Of a DNA stretch of 64,000 nucleotides, positions 1 to 13,790 are shown piece after piece. The notes under the pieces were generated by a model that was not told the DNA's origin, did not search any database, and was given only the letters and a program-made list of their open reading frames with translations. Source of the DNA: Lama glama (Eukaryota). The stretch is from NCBI GenBank assembly GCA_028534125.1, contig CM052818.1, positions 39,186,001-39,250,000 on the forward strand, read 5' to 3'. How positions within the stretch are numbered: the stretch's first letter is position 1; every line of letters starts with the position of its first letter. The position numbers were made by a program, and so were the translations under genes.

Positions 1-360
1 AGACCTAACCATCTGATACAGCCTTTGAGTTCTGTAGGAAATAAGACCCCCACCCAGGTGGAGGATGGAATGATGACAACCCTCCTGACTTCAGTCAAGT
101 GAATCTTGGGCTCTGTCCAGCTTGGCCCCAATTCTATGCTGAATTCTCCTCTGCTCTAGCCCCTGATTCATGAATACGTGTGTACCCTTAGCTTCAGACT
201 TCCCCAGTTTTGCTGTTCAGGGAGACACGGCTTTGGGAAAGATCCCCAGTATTCTCCTTACTTGCTGCAAGTAACAAATCCTTCCTTCTCCCGATCTTTG
301 GCTTGCTTGTGTCTTTTGCCTTGACACCCACCAAGAGGCGAACCCAGTTTTTGGGTGACA
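1..360 (+). mobile_element. ERV1-class LTR, 3' part (cut by the window start)
   Basis: Ends ...GGGTGACA at 360. Bases 167-360 align closely with the reverse complement of 31489-31683, the solo LTR listed below. Confidence 0.8.
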
Positions 361-3300
361 ATCCCTCTCCTGTTTGTCCCTTCTCTGCTCCCTGCGGCTT
401 TTGCTGAGACCTTTGGTGCTTTGCCACACCGGTCACCACGCTGAGATGGGCAGGCTACACCTGGGTGAAAGGACTTCAGCCTCTCAGGCTCACCAACCAC
501 GTGGACTCACCCCTGCTCCAGCAGCCCCAAGACCAAGCAGCCCTGTGCCCGCAGCTTATGCCTCTCACCGAGAGGGGACCTTACTTGTGGCCCAGCTCTG
601 GTGCGCACTGGCACTGGTTGAGCACAATAGATGTCCTTTTCCTTCTCCAGCATCAGCTCCCTCATCCGTGAGTTAGGAGCAATTATTCTTGGGTGACCAG
701 GTTACCTGATGCAGGTAAGTTCTCCACCGATGGTTCTAAGGCTGTTATTGGAGATGGCAACAGCAGGGGACCAAGGGTGCCTGCAGCCCTGGCCTCCTGG
801 GCACTGGGCTGAGCTGGGCTGAGCCCTGGGGGGATATTTGTTACGACTGCAGGCGTCTTTGGCCCTTGGGAGAGGACAGGGGGTACTCGGAGTGAATCTG
901 AGGCCAGGGGGCTCCCAGCCCAGCTCAGGCTGTGTTTGGGAGAGGCAGTGCCCCCTTAGCAGAGGCTTCTGGTCAGGTAGGGGCTGGCTTGGGAGGTTAT
1001 CTGAGGGCACAGGAAATATCTGGAATCTATGGGAATGGGAACTCAGGGCAGAGGTCACCTCAAATTAAAATTTAAAAAGCCCTCTGTGTGAAGGGAATCA
1101 AAGGAGGTGAAGACATGTGCTCTTCCGGAGTCTCCTGAACCCAGATGTTAGCGGTTAAAATTCTTATGGGGCCAGACTGTGGGCACCAAAAGCAGCTCTT
1201 GGAGCCTGGGGGGCAGGACCTGCCCACGGGATAAGTGTGGTTCCTCACTCCCCCCTCCACCAGGATACTGACCCCAGGGTTTACTGAGCAAAGCTGGGTG
1301 CTGTGGGGAGACAGGCACTCTGGGGTCCAGGACCTCCCTGGCCCCTCACTCTGGACTGGCTGCTCCTTGGAGTGAAATAGGATCCTGCTCTGGTCTGAGC
1401 TCGTTAGCTGGAGGCCGTCTCCTTCTGATTTATGGTCTGGAGCCCCTCATCCGAGGGCCAAGGTCTTTTGATCTGAGCCCAGGGTTAGGGGCAGGGGATT
1501 CCTGGGTCTTAATTGGCATCAGCCAGGCTGATGCTGACCAGGTCTCCACCCTAGCTCCCAGCCTCCGGCCCCCAACCTCCTGAATGATGTTGAGGGGGAC
1601 ATGGGGATCTGGGAGGAGGACAGAGGGTGCTGGGAGTTTGTTCTGGCTCTGGGGCCTCATGGGCACAAAGAATAGGAGGGAGAATTACCAGCTGCAAAGG
1701 ATCCTCTCCCTGCAGCCCCTCCCCAGCCTCGACCCATTGCTGACCCTGACCTCTTCCCCTCCCTACTCTAACCTCGCCTGGACCAAGTGTCCTGTTCTTC
1801 CTTGAGGGCTCGCCACGTGCGTAGCCCTGTGCTGGGCATGTAAAGCAAGTCTCACAGAAAAGCAAGATACGTACTTAGATGGAAAAAACAGATGAAATAA
1901 CAGGCAGTGCTTTGAAGTCTTGCGCAGCTCAGAGTTGTCCTTTTGCATGAGGATTTTATTATGTTTTGTTCTTTGTTTTCTGGCTGAAGGAGGTGAGGGT
2001 GTATCTTTATGGGATGCTGGAGACAGTAGAGGGAGACAGGATGAAATCAGGGAGAGGAAAGGGAAGGGAGGTGAGAGAGGGAGGGAGACACACTGAGACA
2101 GAGAGGAGCAGAGAGACACAGGGAGAGAGACTGCTGGCAACAATCTGGAATCCAGCTACATCTAAATCTGGCTAGAAAAGCCAGGACTCTTCACTACTAT
2201 GGCTTGATAAATTCCCTTTGGGCTTGCTTGCTCCCTCCCACTCCAGTCTCCCCAGGGCTCTGTCGGGCCTCACGTCCATCTCTCAAGCAGCAGATCCAAG
2301 CTTTGAGAGGGGCTCGTGAGCTCTGAGACCCTTCCAGTTTGAGTTTACTCAGATTCAGCTAGAACATCCTCCCTAGGAAAGAGCAGTCCTTCCAGGAGGA
2401 AGGATCAAAGGAGAGACAGATGAACAAAGGAAAGACAAAAGTGGGGACAGGGGCCATGGGAGGTGGGATGAGGGAGGCGTGGGGCACGGCAGAGACAGCA
2501 GCGCACGAGACTGGCTCAGGCGGCACCCTGGGAGAAGTGTGAGCCGCCTTTCTCTCTGCAGAAGCAGAAAGACGGCTCCAAACATATAAGTCAGATGGCA
2601 TTGGCTGGGGCTGAGGAAGGTCAGAGAAGGAAAAGAAAGACGTTCTCTGGTCTAGCCTGGGGCTGGGAGCCAAGACACCAGGTTCTAGCTGTGCCATAGA
2701 CTCTCTGGGTGACCTTGGGCAAGGTCTTCCTCTCTCAGCGCCTCTGTGAAAAGAGGAAACTGAGATAGCTCATCTTTAGTTTACTCTGCATCCCTGTCCC
2801 TCTTTTTCTGCTCCTTCCTCTCCTCTTCCTGGAGATTGCCTCTTCCATGCAGCCCTCCCTGATGTTTTCCTGCTTCTCTGGTTGATCTCCCTGCAGCCAC
2901 AGGCTGGGCTCCACTGGCAGCAGGTTCTCAGCCTGTTCACTGTCTGCTCTGGGGTTCCCTGTGCAGGGGGCTGGCTCCCTCAGGGGTGGGAGCACTTCTC
3001 GGGTGAGGACCACCTCTGCTTCCTCTCTGCCTTCCTCACAGGGACTCTGTTGCCCTATCTGAGCCTGCATATAGTGGCGGACAAAGAAGATAGGAGCTGG
3101 AAGACCCCAGAGGGGGCTTCTGCCCTGGGAATAGAGATGGCAGGGCTGGGGAAAAGGATGGCTCTGGGGGAAGCTTCTCGGCCCTGGCTCAGATCTCACC
3201 CAGGACTCACAAACAGTCATTCCCCGTATAGTGGTTGGTGCTGGGAAAGGGGATGTATGGGATGAAGTGGGAGCCCCAAGAGGGTGTGACTAACTTAGCT

Positions 3301-3617
3301 GAAAGTGTGGGTGGAGAACAGGGGAGAGGTAGGGAAATGCCCTGGACTGAGTAGTTACTGAAGGACCGGTAGCTCGTGGCCAAGTAGAGGGAGGGATGGA
3401 AGGGGTGGGCGTTTCAGGCAGGGCCTTTGCTGGTGCATATGGTACTTTTGTGCAAATTAGACAAATGTGCCCTCTGGGAGTATATCGCCCCCTGCCTGTG
3501 CACACAGCTTGGTGATCAGGGCCTGGCCTGGATCAGAGCCCCAATACGGCCTCAGTCAGCAATTATTCTGCCTGTCACAGTGCAGATGGCCTACATGTGC
3601 CAAAGCTCAGAGTGATC

Positions 3618-4111
3618 TGTGACAGGCAGAATAATGGTCCCCAAAGATGTCCATGTCCTAATCCCCAGAACCTGTGAATAAGGGACTTTGCAGATGTAAT
3701 TAAATTAAGGCTCTCGAGATGGGAGATTATCCTGGATTATCTGGGTTGGCCCTAAATGCAATCACCAGGGCCCTTATAAGAGGGAAGCAGGAGTGTCAGA
3801 CTCAGAGAGAGAAGATGCGGCAGGTAAACAGAGGCAAGAAAGAGATTGGAAGATGCTACACTGCTGATTTTGAAGATGCAGGAAGGGACCACGAAGCAAG
3901 GAATCAGGTGACATTTGAAGCTGGAAAAGGTCAGGAAGTAGATTCCTTCCTAGAGCCTCCAGAGGGATGTAGCCCTGCTGGCACTCTGATTTTATCCCCT
4001 TAAGACCCAATTTTGGATTTCTGACTTCCAGAAGTGGAAGATAATCAGTCTGTGTTGTTTGGAGCCACTAGTCTATGGTGGTGGGTTACAACAGCCGGAG
4101 GAACCAATGCA
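3618..4111 (+). mobile_element. MaLR solo LTR, MLT1D-like
   Basis: Begins TGTGACAGGCAGAATAATGGTCCCCAAAGATGTCC, contains GGGACTTTGCAGATGTAATTAA and GAAGCTGGAAAAGG, and ends AACCAATGCA. These are MLT1C/D hallmarks. Confidence 0.85.
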
Positions 4112-5608
4112 CAAGCCATGGTGCTTTCGGGGACCAGCTGTGGGCATTGTGCCTGGAGCCCAGAGTGAGGTGGGAACCGGGACAAATGAGGCCAGACAGG
4201 TAGGTACATTACAAAGGGCCTTCTGAGTCTGAGAAAAAAATGTGCCTCCTTCTGAAGGTGACCCAGCCAGAGTGACACAGAGGGCAGCCTCATTTCAGTG
4301 GGATCCCGTTGTGGACGATAGGCAGCTGGGAAGTGCCCGGAGGCAGGGACAGGAGGGCCCAGCTTGTGGCCACTGGTGGAGGCAGAGCCTGCTCCCCGGA
4401 AGCCTGGAGTCCTGAGACACAGCAGAGGGCAAATTCCTCTTGCCCAGCTCCTGTCCTTTCCTTTCCTGCCTCACCCAGCTATGGGGTCAAAGGCTCCAGA
4501 AGGCCATGTGAGATAAAGAGGAATAGTAAATACTGGAGAATGTTCCTGAGGGCCTGGCTGGGAAAGCGTAATTGGCTTCCTGTGTGCATACAGCACGTGT
4601 GCACACATGCACACCTACACACCGGGGAAGGGGCGGTTCTGGCATGCCCAAAGCCTTTCTCCTTGTCAGCCTTCTCCCTCGTGGGGCCAGCATGGGCACC
4701 CCAGGTGTGGCCCTGTGGGGCCTGTACAGTGCCAGGTCTCTGAGGATGACTGCCTTTTGGGGCCACCAGGCCGAGGAGCCAGGGAGTGGGTCTCGGAGGT
4801 CTGTACCCTGGGTTGGGCATAGAGGGTGCAGGAAATCGATGTTTCAGTCACACCTGTGATCACTGCGGGGTGAAGCTCTGGTCAGCTCATATGAAAGATG
4901 AGGATGAATCACATTAATCACAAAGCGCAGCACCTGTGGTGTGCACCCACCCCCCACCCCAGTCCACCCAGTCTCACAGGGATGCTCCTGCCACTCTGAG
5001 CCACGCTGGTTCTCGGAATGCCTCCATTTCCCCACCTCTGCGACATCAGGCCCTTCTGCTGTCGGGCCACCTTCCTCATGCCTGATCTGCCTGGTTGACC
5101 CCTCATGACCCTCCAGGTGTCGCAGCCATAACCATCCGTCTCTGGGGAAGCCCCTCCTCCTGTGCTGGGTCCAGCTCTCCCATTACCAGCTGTGGCATCA
5201 GGTGGGCTCTTCTGGAAGCAGTGACCAAAAAGCCCAACCAAACTGGCATAAACAAAAATGCCACGTATTGGCTAATGAACCTGAACTTGCTGCAGATGGT
5301 TCGCCATCCAGGACTCTGATCAGGGAACTGGGGCCAGATTTCCTGACTCCCTTCTCGGGCAGACTCTGCCCTGCGGTCCCAAGGAGGCTACAAGTGGTTC
5401 CCGGACCATGTGCCTCCCTGTTGAATTTTATGTTTACATTTGTTATTTATTTATACATATATGTAAAATTCATATTTGTATTATTAACTCATTATATTAA
5501 ATTTTCTTTACACTTTATAGTATACATATTTGTAAATGAAATTCAATATTTATATATGAAGGTATATTTATGTTTAAAAGATAAAAAAGGGAAGAGAGAA
5601 GCATTTTA

Positions 5609-5753
5609 TTTTGTTTGTTTTTTGAAGGGGAGAGGTAATTAGGTTTTTTTTTTTTATAATTACTTATTTATTTCTAATGGAGTACTAGGGATTGAACCCA
5701 GGACCTCATGCCTGCTAAGCACGTGCTCAGCCACTGAGCTAGACCCTCCCTCC
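5609..5753 (-). mobile_element. Camelid tRNA-derived SINE (Vic-1-like)
   Basis: The reverse strand reads GGAGGGAGGGTCTAGCTCAGTGGCTGAGC...CCTGGGTTCAATCCC (A and B boxes), followed by an A-rich tail. 15-bp TSD GAGAGAA(G/A)CATTTTA at 5594-5608 and 5754-5768. Confidence 0.9.
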
Positions 5754-5919
5754 GAGAGAAACATTTTAAATGGAAGTACTGTCTTTGTTCCTCCTCTTCT
5801 CTGCCCACCTGAGTATTTCAGCCATGGCAGATGGGGATTCTGTTAAGAGATTAGAGGAAAAGCTTTGTAGAGCTTAGTGGTGAGTTTTTAAGAACTAAAC
5901 GGTAGACGGAGGGCAGTTA

Positions 5920-6250
5920 AAATTTTACATGCAGCTACCTTTGACCCAACAATTGCACTCCTATGAATTTATTTTGTAAATATATGACACTTGTTGAAAA
6001 TAATGCAAACACAAGGTTATTCATTGCGGCATATTTGTAATTGTGAACAATTAGAGTAAGCATGAATAGCCATTAACAGATGACTGGTTAAACAAAGTAT
6101 AGTACCTTCTTATAATGGAATACTGACGTCGTGCAGTTATTACCCAAGAGTGAGGCATCTCCACAGTGATATGGTATGAGCTTCAAGATTTTTACATGGA
6201 ATAAAAAACCAAGATGCAGAATATTGTGTGATCATTTATGTAAAAACAGT
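5920..6250 (+). mobile_element. Old L1 (L1ME-like) 3' fragment
   Basis: Degenerate L1 ORF2-end motifs: ACCTTTGACCCAACAATTGCACTCCTATGAATTTAT, ACAAGGTTATTCATTGCGGCAT and ATGGAATACT. Confidence 0.65.
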
Positions 6251-8294
6251 GTGCATGTGCGTGTGGGTGTGCACATGGACTTAGGAATAAAATGTAGTCT
6301 ATCTGAAAGGTACAAAATTTGGGCAAGGGTGTGCTCTCTGGAAGGCTCAAAGGTGTCATTCGCACCTTCCGAATTCTATAGTTTGTCTATATTTACCTGT
6401 TCTAAAATAAGCACTTCAAAATAATGAAAATATAAATAAAAATAAGTGAAGAACTTAGAATAGAGCCTGGCAAACAACGATCACTGGTGACATATCTTTT
6501 TCAAGGCTGCCTTAGGGATGTCCCTGTGTTCCCGCTGCACCGTGTACGCACCTCCATTCCAGCATTACAGTATTGCATAGTAATTGTCTGTTTCCACACT
6601 TGTCTGTCCAAGGAGACCAAACATGACTCCAGAGCAAGGACAATACTTTTTCACTTTATGTCCAGGCACAGAACAGAGATTCTGGCACACAATGGATTGT
6701 TGAGTGAATGAATGACCAAATGAATTCACTAATGAAGGTATTAGAGGGAAAATAAAGTGGAAGCCCCTGCTCTTTAGAAATTCATGGTGTGGAAGTGGGA
6801 CAAGAGTCACACCTGACACATGTGAAATCAGGCCACATGTGCCAATGACCCTATGTTTCTGGAGATCTAGGGGAAAAAGAAGGAAAGATTCCAAGAGTAG
6901 AGAAGAAATGATTACAGTTGCAGGGTGATGTTCAGGTCTGCAAAATGGAGTCAGGAAAGAGCTAGTCCAGGACAGACGAAGCATGGAGATTGCAGCAGAG
7001 GGACCGGGTCTAGTGTGGTGGGAATAGAGTGGGGACCTGGGTGGGGCTGAGATGACAGAGCTGTGCTTAGTTGGGCCATTTCCCTGTGAGTTAGTGGGGG
7101 AGGTGGCTCACCCATCCTCTCCCACTGTCCTGCAACCTTCAATCTCAGAGCCATGCAAGGGCATCTGAATGGTACCTGAGCCTCCCCGTCTGCTTCTCAG
7201 AGCTGGAGTTGGATAGCCAGTCAGCTCCCCTGCTTACGTCTCCAGCCCTGTGGGGACTGGGCTTTGTGCGTCTTCTGGAAGCTCAGTCTTGGGATCTGAC
7301 AGAGTGTGTGCACCCCTTCCTATACATGTCCTAAAAATTAGCCTGCCTGCTCGAAATATTTGTTAATACGATTTTTCACTTGGTCCTGACTTAAGCACGT
7401 TAGGTCTTGGGTTGGGAGGAAGGCGGCACAGGTGCAAAGGAGGTAGAGGATCTGGTCTCAGGCAAGGACACCTGAACCTACAAAGAGCCAAAGAGAGTGA
7501 GACCCCAGTGAGGGGTTCCGAAAACAGCACCATTTTCCCAGAGGGCGGGAGTGCGCTGAGCGAGCTGGGTCCTCCTGCCACACACATGCCTGGACTTTGA
7601 GGCTGAAGCAGGGACTCCAGCCAGCCCTGCAGGGACTCGTCCCTGAACTGATCCTGCTGCCGGAGGAGCCTGACTTCCGCTCCCTCATTCATGCACTTGC
7701 TCACCGCACATACAGCATGCACATCACCGCTGCTCTGGTCACAGGTGCACACCTGTGCACGGGCCCCTATGTCCTCATGCACTCACTCCCTCCATCCCAG
7801 GTGCGAGTACAGCTCACTCAACGCGCTCCCACCTTCCAGGAGGAAGCTCCCTCGCTACTCAGGAGGACCACGCAGGTTCCAGAAATTCTCCCTCCCCAGC
7901 ACATTTATATTACAGAAAGACCAGCACAAACTAATGTATTCTGAATGATATATACCATGTGATGAGGTGATTCAAGCAGGCTTCTTGAAAGAGGAGAATT
8001 TGAGCCAAGTCTTGAATAAAGTTGTAAAGACCTCCTCTGCACCTGCTTACAATTTGTCAGCTTTCCACTTGGACATGGCTTGCCCAGGAAGCCTGCCCTT
8101 GTACACGCTCACACACACTCTTGGTAGGTGCCTCTTCCAGGGGCTCACTGCACCAGTCCCAGCATTAAGGAAAGTGCTTATCATGTTGCGTTGTAACTGC
8201 CCATCCCTCTCCATTGTGCCTCCGTATTTGAGCCCCCAGGGCTGCAATCATGTCAGATTCTGTTTTGATTTTATCCCTTCTGCCTGGTCTCTGC

Positions 8295-8550
8295 TTGTTC
8301 ATTTATTCAATAGCTATTTACTGAACACCCACTGATGTGCCAGGCACTGTTTCAGATACAGGAGCTATGGCAGTGAACATGATGGAGACGTCCCAACATG
8401 ATGGAGATGTTCCCTGCCCTCCTTGAGCTTCCCTCTTAGGCGGGGGTGGGAGGAAGAAAAAACAAGCAAGTAAACAAAAACAGATCATTTCAGAGGTGAC
8501 AAGTGCTATAAATAGAACAAATCAAGGTGATGCAGCAAGAGAGGAGGCAG
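8295..8550 (-). mobile_element. L2 3' end fragment
   Basis: TTCATTTATTCAATAGCTATTTACTGAACACCCACTGATGTGCCAGGCACTGT is the typical L2 3' tail in reverse orientation. Confidence 0.7.
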
Positions 8551-10265
8551 AGCATTAAGATACATGGCCTTTGGGTGAGCCAGAGCTTCAGCCTGACCAA
8601 GAGGATGAAGTGCCTCAGATGGTCCTGTTGATGCTGGCCTCACCAGCAGAGAGGTCTGTCCCACCACTGCCAGCCCCTGGCGTGTTCAACACCCAGGAAA
8701 CAGCCTTTTCGGCGGCTGTAGGGACTCCCTGGAGGTGGGCTAGAGGGGTGAGATCACCGTACGGAACTCTCATCCTTGCTCTCCCAACCCTCCACAGCCC
8801 CACTCCAGCACCGCCACGAGGAACCACTCCCACGTGGTAGACCTGGGAACACAAAGATAACACGGTGTGGGGCTGGGTCCTGGCCCCAGATGCGCTTGGA
8901 AGACAAACAGCCCAGCCACAAAGAGCTTCTCAGACGAGTTTTATTGGGGTGCTTGTGTGTCTTCACTGTCAGGCACCCACTTGCCTCTGGAGAAAGGGCT
9001 CCTTCATCCCTCAGGTTAGTCACCCATCCCTGCACAAACAATGGGTCTTTTCCACAGCTCTCCCACCCACCCTGGGCCAGAGCCTAACACAGGGGCTGGC
9101 ACAGAAGGATGCTTCGTGACTTCTTAGTGAATAAATGAATGAGCGGACACATTGGAGCAACCATCCATCCCTCACCTCTGACCTGGCCAGACTGACCAGC
9201 CCCTCCCCCATCCCCTCAGCCCCGCAGCACAGCCAGGATGATCAGGAAGACCTCAGGCAGAGCCCAAGGTCTCCTGGTTCAGAGGAAGTTCCTCCTGAGA
9301 AGGGAGGGCAGAGTCCCCGGGAGCTGAGGAAAGAAAGCCAGCCCTTTTCCTCCTTGAGCCCGGTACAGACGGGCCTGGGGTTTATTCAGCTCCGGACACT
9401 GTGGGCACCAGCTTGACTGCCTTCTTCCATGACCTCTTGGTCGTGACCCCTTGGTGGCCAGAGAAGCCTCCAGAGCCCTGGTCTCGGCTCCTCACCGGCA
9501 GTGGTGAGGCTCTTGACCTCAGGCCAGGGCCCTCTGAGCAGAAGGACCACCTCAGTATCTGCAGGGTCAGAGGTGAGGCAGTCAGAGAAAGCACTGCTTT
9601 TTCCAGCCGGACTCCCAGCCCTGGCTCAGGCCGAAGGGGGTGCTGATAAAGACCTGCCCCTGGGGGTCAGGGACTGAGGGCAGACGGGCCCTCACACCTG
9701 TCCTCTGGCTCCTCTCTCTCTGTTCTCACCTCTCCTTTGCCTCCAGGAGCCTTCTGAATGCCCTGGTCAGCTAGACAAGCAATGGAAACTGTAGGTGGAT
9801 TTCTGAGGAGTTAGAGAGAGAAGCCAGCCTCAAGGAATGCCTGCGAGCCTTCCTGAAGGGGTTCTCAGTCTGGCCAGGAGCCAGGAGAAAGAATGAGACC
9901 ACGTGGGCTGAGGGCCCAGAAGTGGCACAAATGAGGGTTTCCCATGCCTGGCGCCAGGCCCCTGCTGAGGGGCTAACCAAGCCTGCTGGGCAGGAGCAGG
10001 CCTGGCCGCCCAGCTGCTGGCCAGAGAGAGGCCCCCAGTGCCAGGGACGTTTCAGAGGGCCGTTGGCCTGGCTGGGAAGGCGTCACCCTTGAGGAGATGG
10101 TGAGGGTGACCCCACCCCACCCCAGACGTGAGGACCGGAGAGGAGCATGCTCCTGCCCGGCAGAGCCCAGGCCCACGGAAATACCATGTGTGAGGAGGCC
10201 CTGAGGGGAGCTTCCAGGACGAGCAAGGACGGCCTATGCCTGAGCCTGGTGATCCCTTTGGTAAC

Positions 10266-10636
10266 TGTATTCATGTCCTGGGCCCGTTGTAACAAAGCAG
10301 ACCAGAGGGCTTACACAACAGAATTCATTTCCTCACAGCTCTGGAGGCTGTAAGTCCCCGGTTAGGCTGTCGGAGGGCTGGTTTCTCCTGAGGCCTCTCT
10401 CTTCAGCCTGCAGACAGACATCCACCTTCTCACTGCATCCTTGCATGGCCTTTCCTGATGTCTCTCCCTCTTCTTATAAGGGCACCAGTCAAATTGAATT
10501 AGGGCCCACCCATGTGACCTTATCTCACTTAATCACCTCTTCAAAGGCTCTGTCTCCAAACACACTGGCATTCTGGGGAACTGAAGGTTAGGGCTTCAAC
10601 ACACCAGTTTCGGGGGACACAGTTTAGTCATGAACA
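10266..10636 (-). mobile_element. MaLR solo LTR, MLT1B-like
   Basis: TG...CA termini, with internal CTCACAGCTCTGGAGGCTG and TCTTATAAGGGCACCAGTC. Near-perfect 5-bp TSD GTAAC (10261-10265) / GTGAC (10637-10641). Confidence 0.85.
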
Positions 10637-10717
10637 GTGACTCTGGTCCCTGATTGTGACTGTGCACATTATAGAGAAACTGCTGGACCCAGATAACACC
10701 GACAACAGGAGGGACAG

Positions 10718-10718
<1 letters not shown>

Positions 10719-10754
<36 letters not shown>

Positions 10755-10765
10755 TGTGTGTGTGT
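10719..10765. repeat. (TG)n microsatellite
   Basis: Directly visible, with one interruption. Confidence 0.95.
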
Positions 10766-13659
10766 ACACAGCTGCCTGCTATTCACCCAACAGGTCTGCC
10801 TCCTTTGGCTCACCCAATGTTCCCCAGGTACTCAGAGAAGGACAGGTACTAGGTACTATAGGCTCATTTTATGGCTGAGCTGAAGGAAGCTGTCCAGGTC
10901 ACACGGCAGGCAAGAGGCAGCCCTGGACCCTCATCTAGGCTGCCTTGGTGTCCTGGGTGCTCCCTGCCCACAGCCCCATCCTTCCCAGTGAGGTCGTGTC
11001 CCAGGATTTCATGCCACCAGCAGTCTGCCGTGTGTTCTCTACCTGCGTGTTGTGGGAGGAAACTGAGGTGACAATCTGCTGCCTGGAAATGAAGTGACTC
11101 ATGAGGCCATAAGTTCAACTGGCTAATGCTGTCTTATCTCCCTGACTCACTTGATTTTTAGGCTCTGACAAGCTCAATGATTTGCCAGGGTCTGACAAGT
11201 CCTTGTACCCAGAGGGCAGGGTTCTGTCCCTGCTGGGCCCAGCTTCCCCCAGAGGCTTTGTGCAGGCTTCTGGAGACCTCCCTGAGCTGGCACAGAGCAG
11301 GTCCCCCTGGGCAGGGCACATCTGGCCTTGGCTGCATGCTGACAGCCTCTGGCCCTGCTCTCTGGGGTCCTTTGCCCACAGAAAACCTGTGCCCCTGGGG
11401 CCTCACCCTGGTCCCTCCACTTGGCTGTGCTTCCCCATAGCCTCCTGTGAGGGGGTGAGGGCTGTGCCAGGCAAGGTGGGAAGTGGAGGCTGGCCAGGGG
11501 GCCAGATGCCCCGTCTCTGGGACACCCGCCAGTTTCTCATGGAGGCTGCGGAAGCTCTTTGAATTGGCCCTGCCTGGTCCCACCGGGTAAGAGAGCCTCA
11601 ACCAGCTGCTCTTAACCCTCTGGCTGAAGCCTCACTCAGTTTTCCTGTTGGAAAGTTTCTTCTAGTCAGTTGCAAGGAGCTCAAGCTCACCAGTGTCTGC
11701 CTCCACGGCCATGGCAGATGGGAGGCCAAAGGGCAAAGCTTTCCTTAACTCAGCCTTAGCAGGTAAGAGGTCTCTGTGGGAAGGACTGGATCCTGGAGCT
11801 CTGCTCATCTTTGACTGTCAGGTTCTTCCAGCCAAGCAACCCCTTACGGGCCTGGATTAGGGGCCCTACAGTGTCCACACCAGCAAATTTGGATCTGATC
11901 ATGACCTCTCCTGCTCTGAATGGATTGATGGGCGACCGTATGGGCACAGCCCCATGACGGCCAGAATGGCCTGGGCTGTTTGGCATCTCTTCTCCTAACC
12001 AGCCCTAGTGTTGAGTGTCCTGCTAGCAGAGACCGGGACATATTGACCAAGGACTGCACCATCCAGTCCTCTTACTGACGGACAACTCACTTGCTCCTGT
12101 CAGCTCCCGGGGAACTGCCGTACACCAAGGCCACCATGGCGCCCAGCAGTCAAGTATACTTGTACTTGTTGAATGAATCCACAAATTCAGGTCCTCAGGT
12201 AGTTCAAGGCCCCCCAACTTTGGGGACCACAGGCCTCGATCAGGGCCTTGAGATTCAGTCCATCCTTGCTGGTGTGAGGAGAACCCCTCCCCATTTTCAC
12301 CGGGAGCCCAGGGGTTTGCCTGGATGGGAAAAGACTGCAAGTCTGTCCTGGGCCCATTGCTGCGAGCATGGAACTTTTCAGGAAATAAAGAGGCATTGAT
12401 CGTGCGGGCCCAGTCGGCAGGTAACTGAAACTGCCTGATTCCCCTCAGACAGAGCCCTGAGGTGCTCTGGGCTCTGAGCTGGCAGGACAGTGAAAGGCGC
12501 TGACTGGGGCTGGCCCGGCTCCAGGAGGAGCGGCGTGGGAACGTGGCCTTTAGCCCCGGCTGGGCCCCGCATGTGGGGCGCTGGGTGTGGGGCAGGAGCT
12601 ACCTGGAACCAAACACCAGGGCGGCCTCTGATGAACACTTGTGGGCAAACCAGGCCCCGGATGGCCCACAGCAGCCTCTTCTCTTATCATCCATCCCTCT
12701 CTACAGGGGCTTCCAAGACTGTCTGTTAGCGGTGGAGGGGGCTCATGGGAGTTCCCTCGTTTCCACGAGTGGACATGGACTGGGCTGCCGCCTCCCTTCC
12801 CAGGGACCACTCCTGACCCATCTGGAGAAGCACCCATCACTGGAGAGGAGTCAGACTTGTGAAGGATAGATGGTGGGAGAGCCCTGGGTCCAACAAGCCC
12901 ATCCTTTCTTCCCTCCAGATCTTTGGGAGAAGGGAGCTTCCCAAGTTTTGACCCATCAATGACCGTGAACATGGGGATGGGGTCCTGGGGGTGGGCGCTC
13001 GTGTCTGAGAGCTGTGAGTGGCAGCCCTGGCCAGCAGTGGTAGCAGCCTGTTCTGCCGGAAATTCTTGGTCTGGCCTGGCCACTCCAGAGCCCGAGGCCA
13101 GCAGGAAACCTGCCTTTCCTGTCCGGTGCTCCCAGCCCCTGTCAGGCCCCCTGGGTGAGGGCAGGGGACTCTCCCCAGTTCTCACACAAAGCTCTATTAA
13201 GTTTGGTTCCCAGCAAACAAAGGTCTGGTCCCATGGGGCCCATTCACTTTTTCCTTCTCCTTTGCCTGGTAAAGTGGGAGACAGTCTTGGGCTCACATCC
13301 ATACCCTGGCTCTTCCTGACTGAGGCCAGGGGCAAAGCCATTTCTTATCTCCTCTTCACTGAACCAGACCTCCTCAGGGCACCGCCCCCCAGCCCCTCAT
13401 GGCAGCTGCTCTCTGCTGGCTGAGGAATGCCAGTCCTGTGCTCCAGCCAGCCCAGGGGCCCTATCAGTGAACCCCATCTGTGCCCGAACTGGAAATTTCT
13501 CTGACTGTGAGGGTCCTCATAGAGCAACTCCTCCACACTCTGACCCGGAATCAATCACCCCGACCACGGTGTCCTGCCCTCTGAGGGTCCAGGACAATAA
13601 TGCCAGCATCATCATGCCTCTCATGTGCTGGGCACTGAGGGCTTCATGACCAAGATCTT

Positions 13660-13790
13660 GAATGCTCCCAACAACAGGCAGATAGGTATTATACACAGTT
13701 GCAGAGGAGGAAATGGAAGCTCAGAGAGGTTAAGTGACATTTCTGAGGTCACACAGCTAGTAGTGAGAGGCTGATCTGGGACTTGACCCT
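13660..13790 (-). mobile_element. MIR
   Basis: GCAGAGGAGGAAATGGAAGCTCAGAGAGGTTAAGTGAC...AGGTCACACAGCTAGT matches the MIR core. Confidence 0.8.

Noticed and set aside
1835..1853. p53/p63-like GGGCATGTAAAGCAAGTCT
   Set aside because: The half-sites overlap by one base and the first lacks the YYY end, so it is not a canonical response element.
5420..5590. Very AT-rich stretch with a hydrophobic ORF translation
   Set aside because: Low-complexity DNA next to a SINE, with no coding features.
12550..13341. 263-aa minus-strand ORF and the overlapping 166-aa plus-strand ORF
   Set aside because: No recognisable domain or exon structure. Long chance ORFs are common in GC-rich mammalian DNA.
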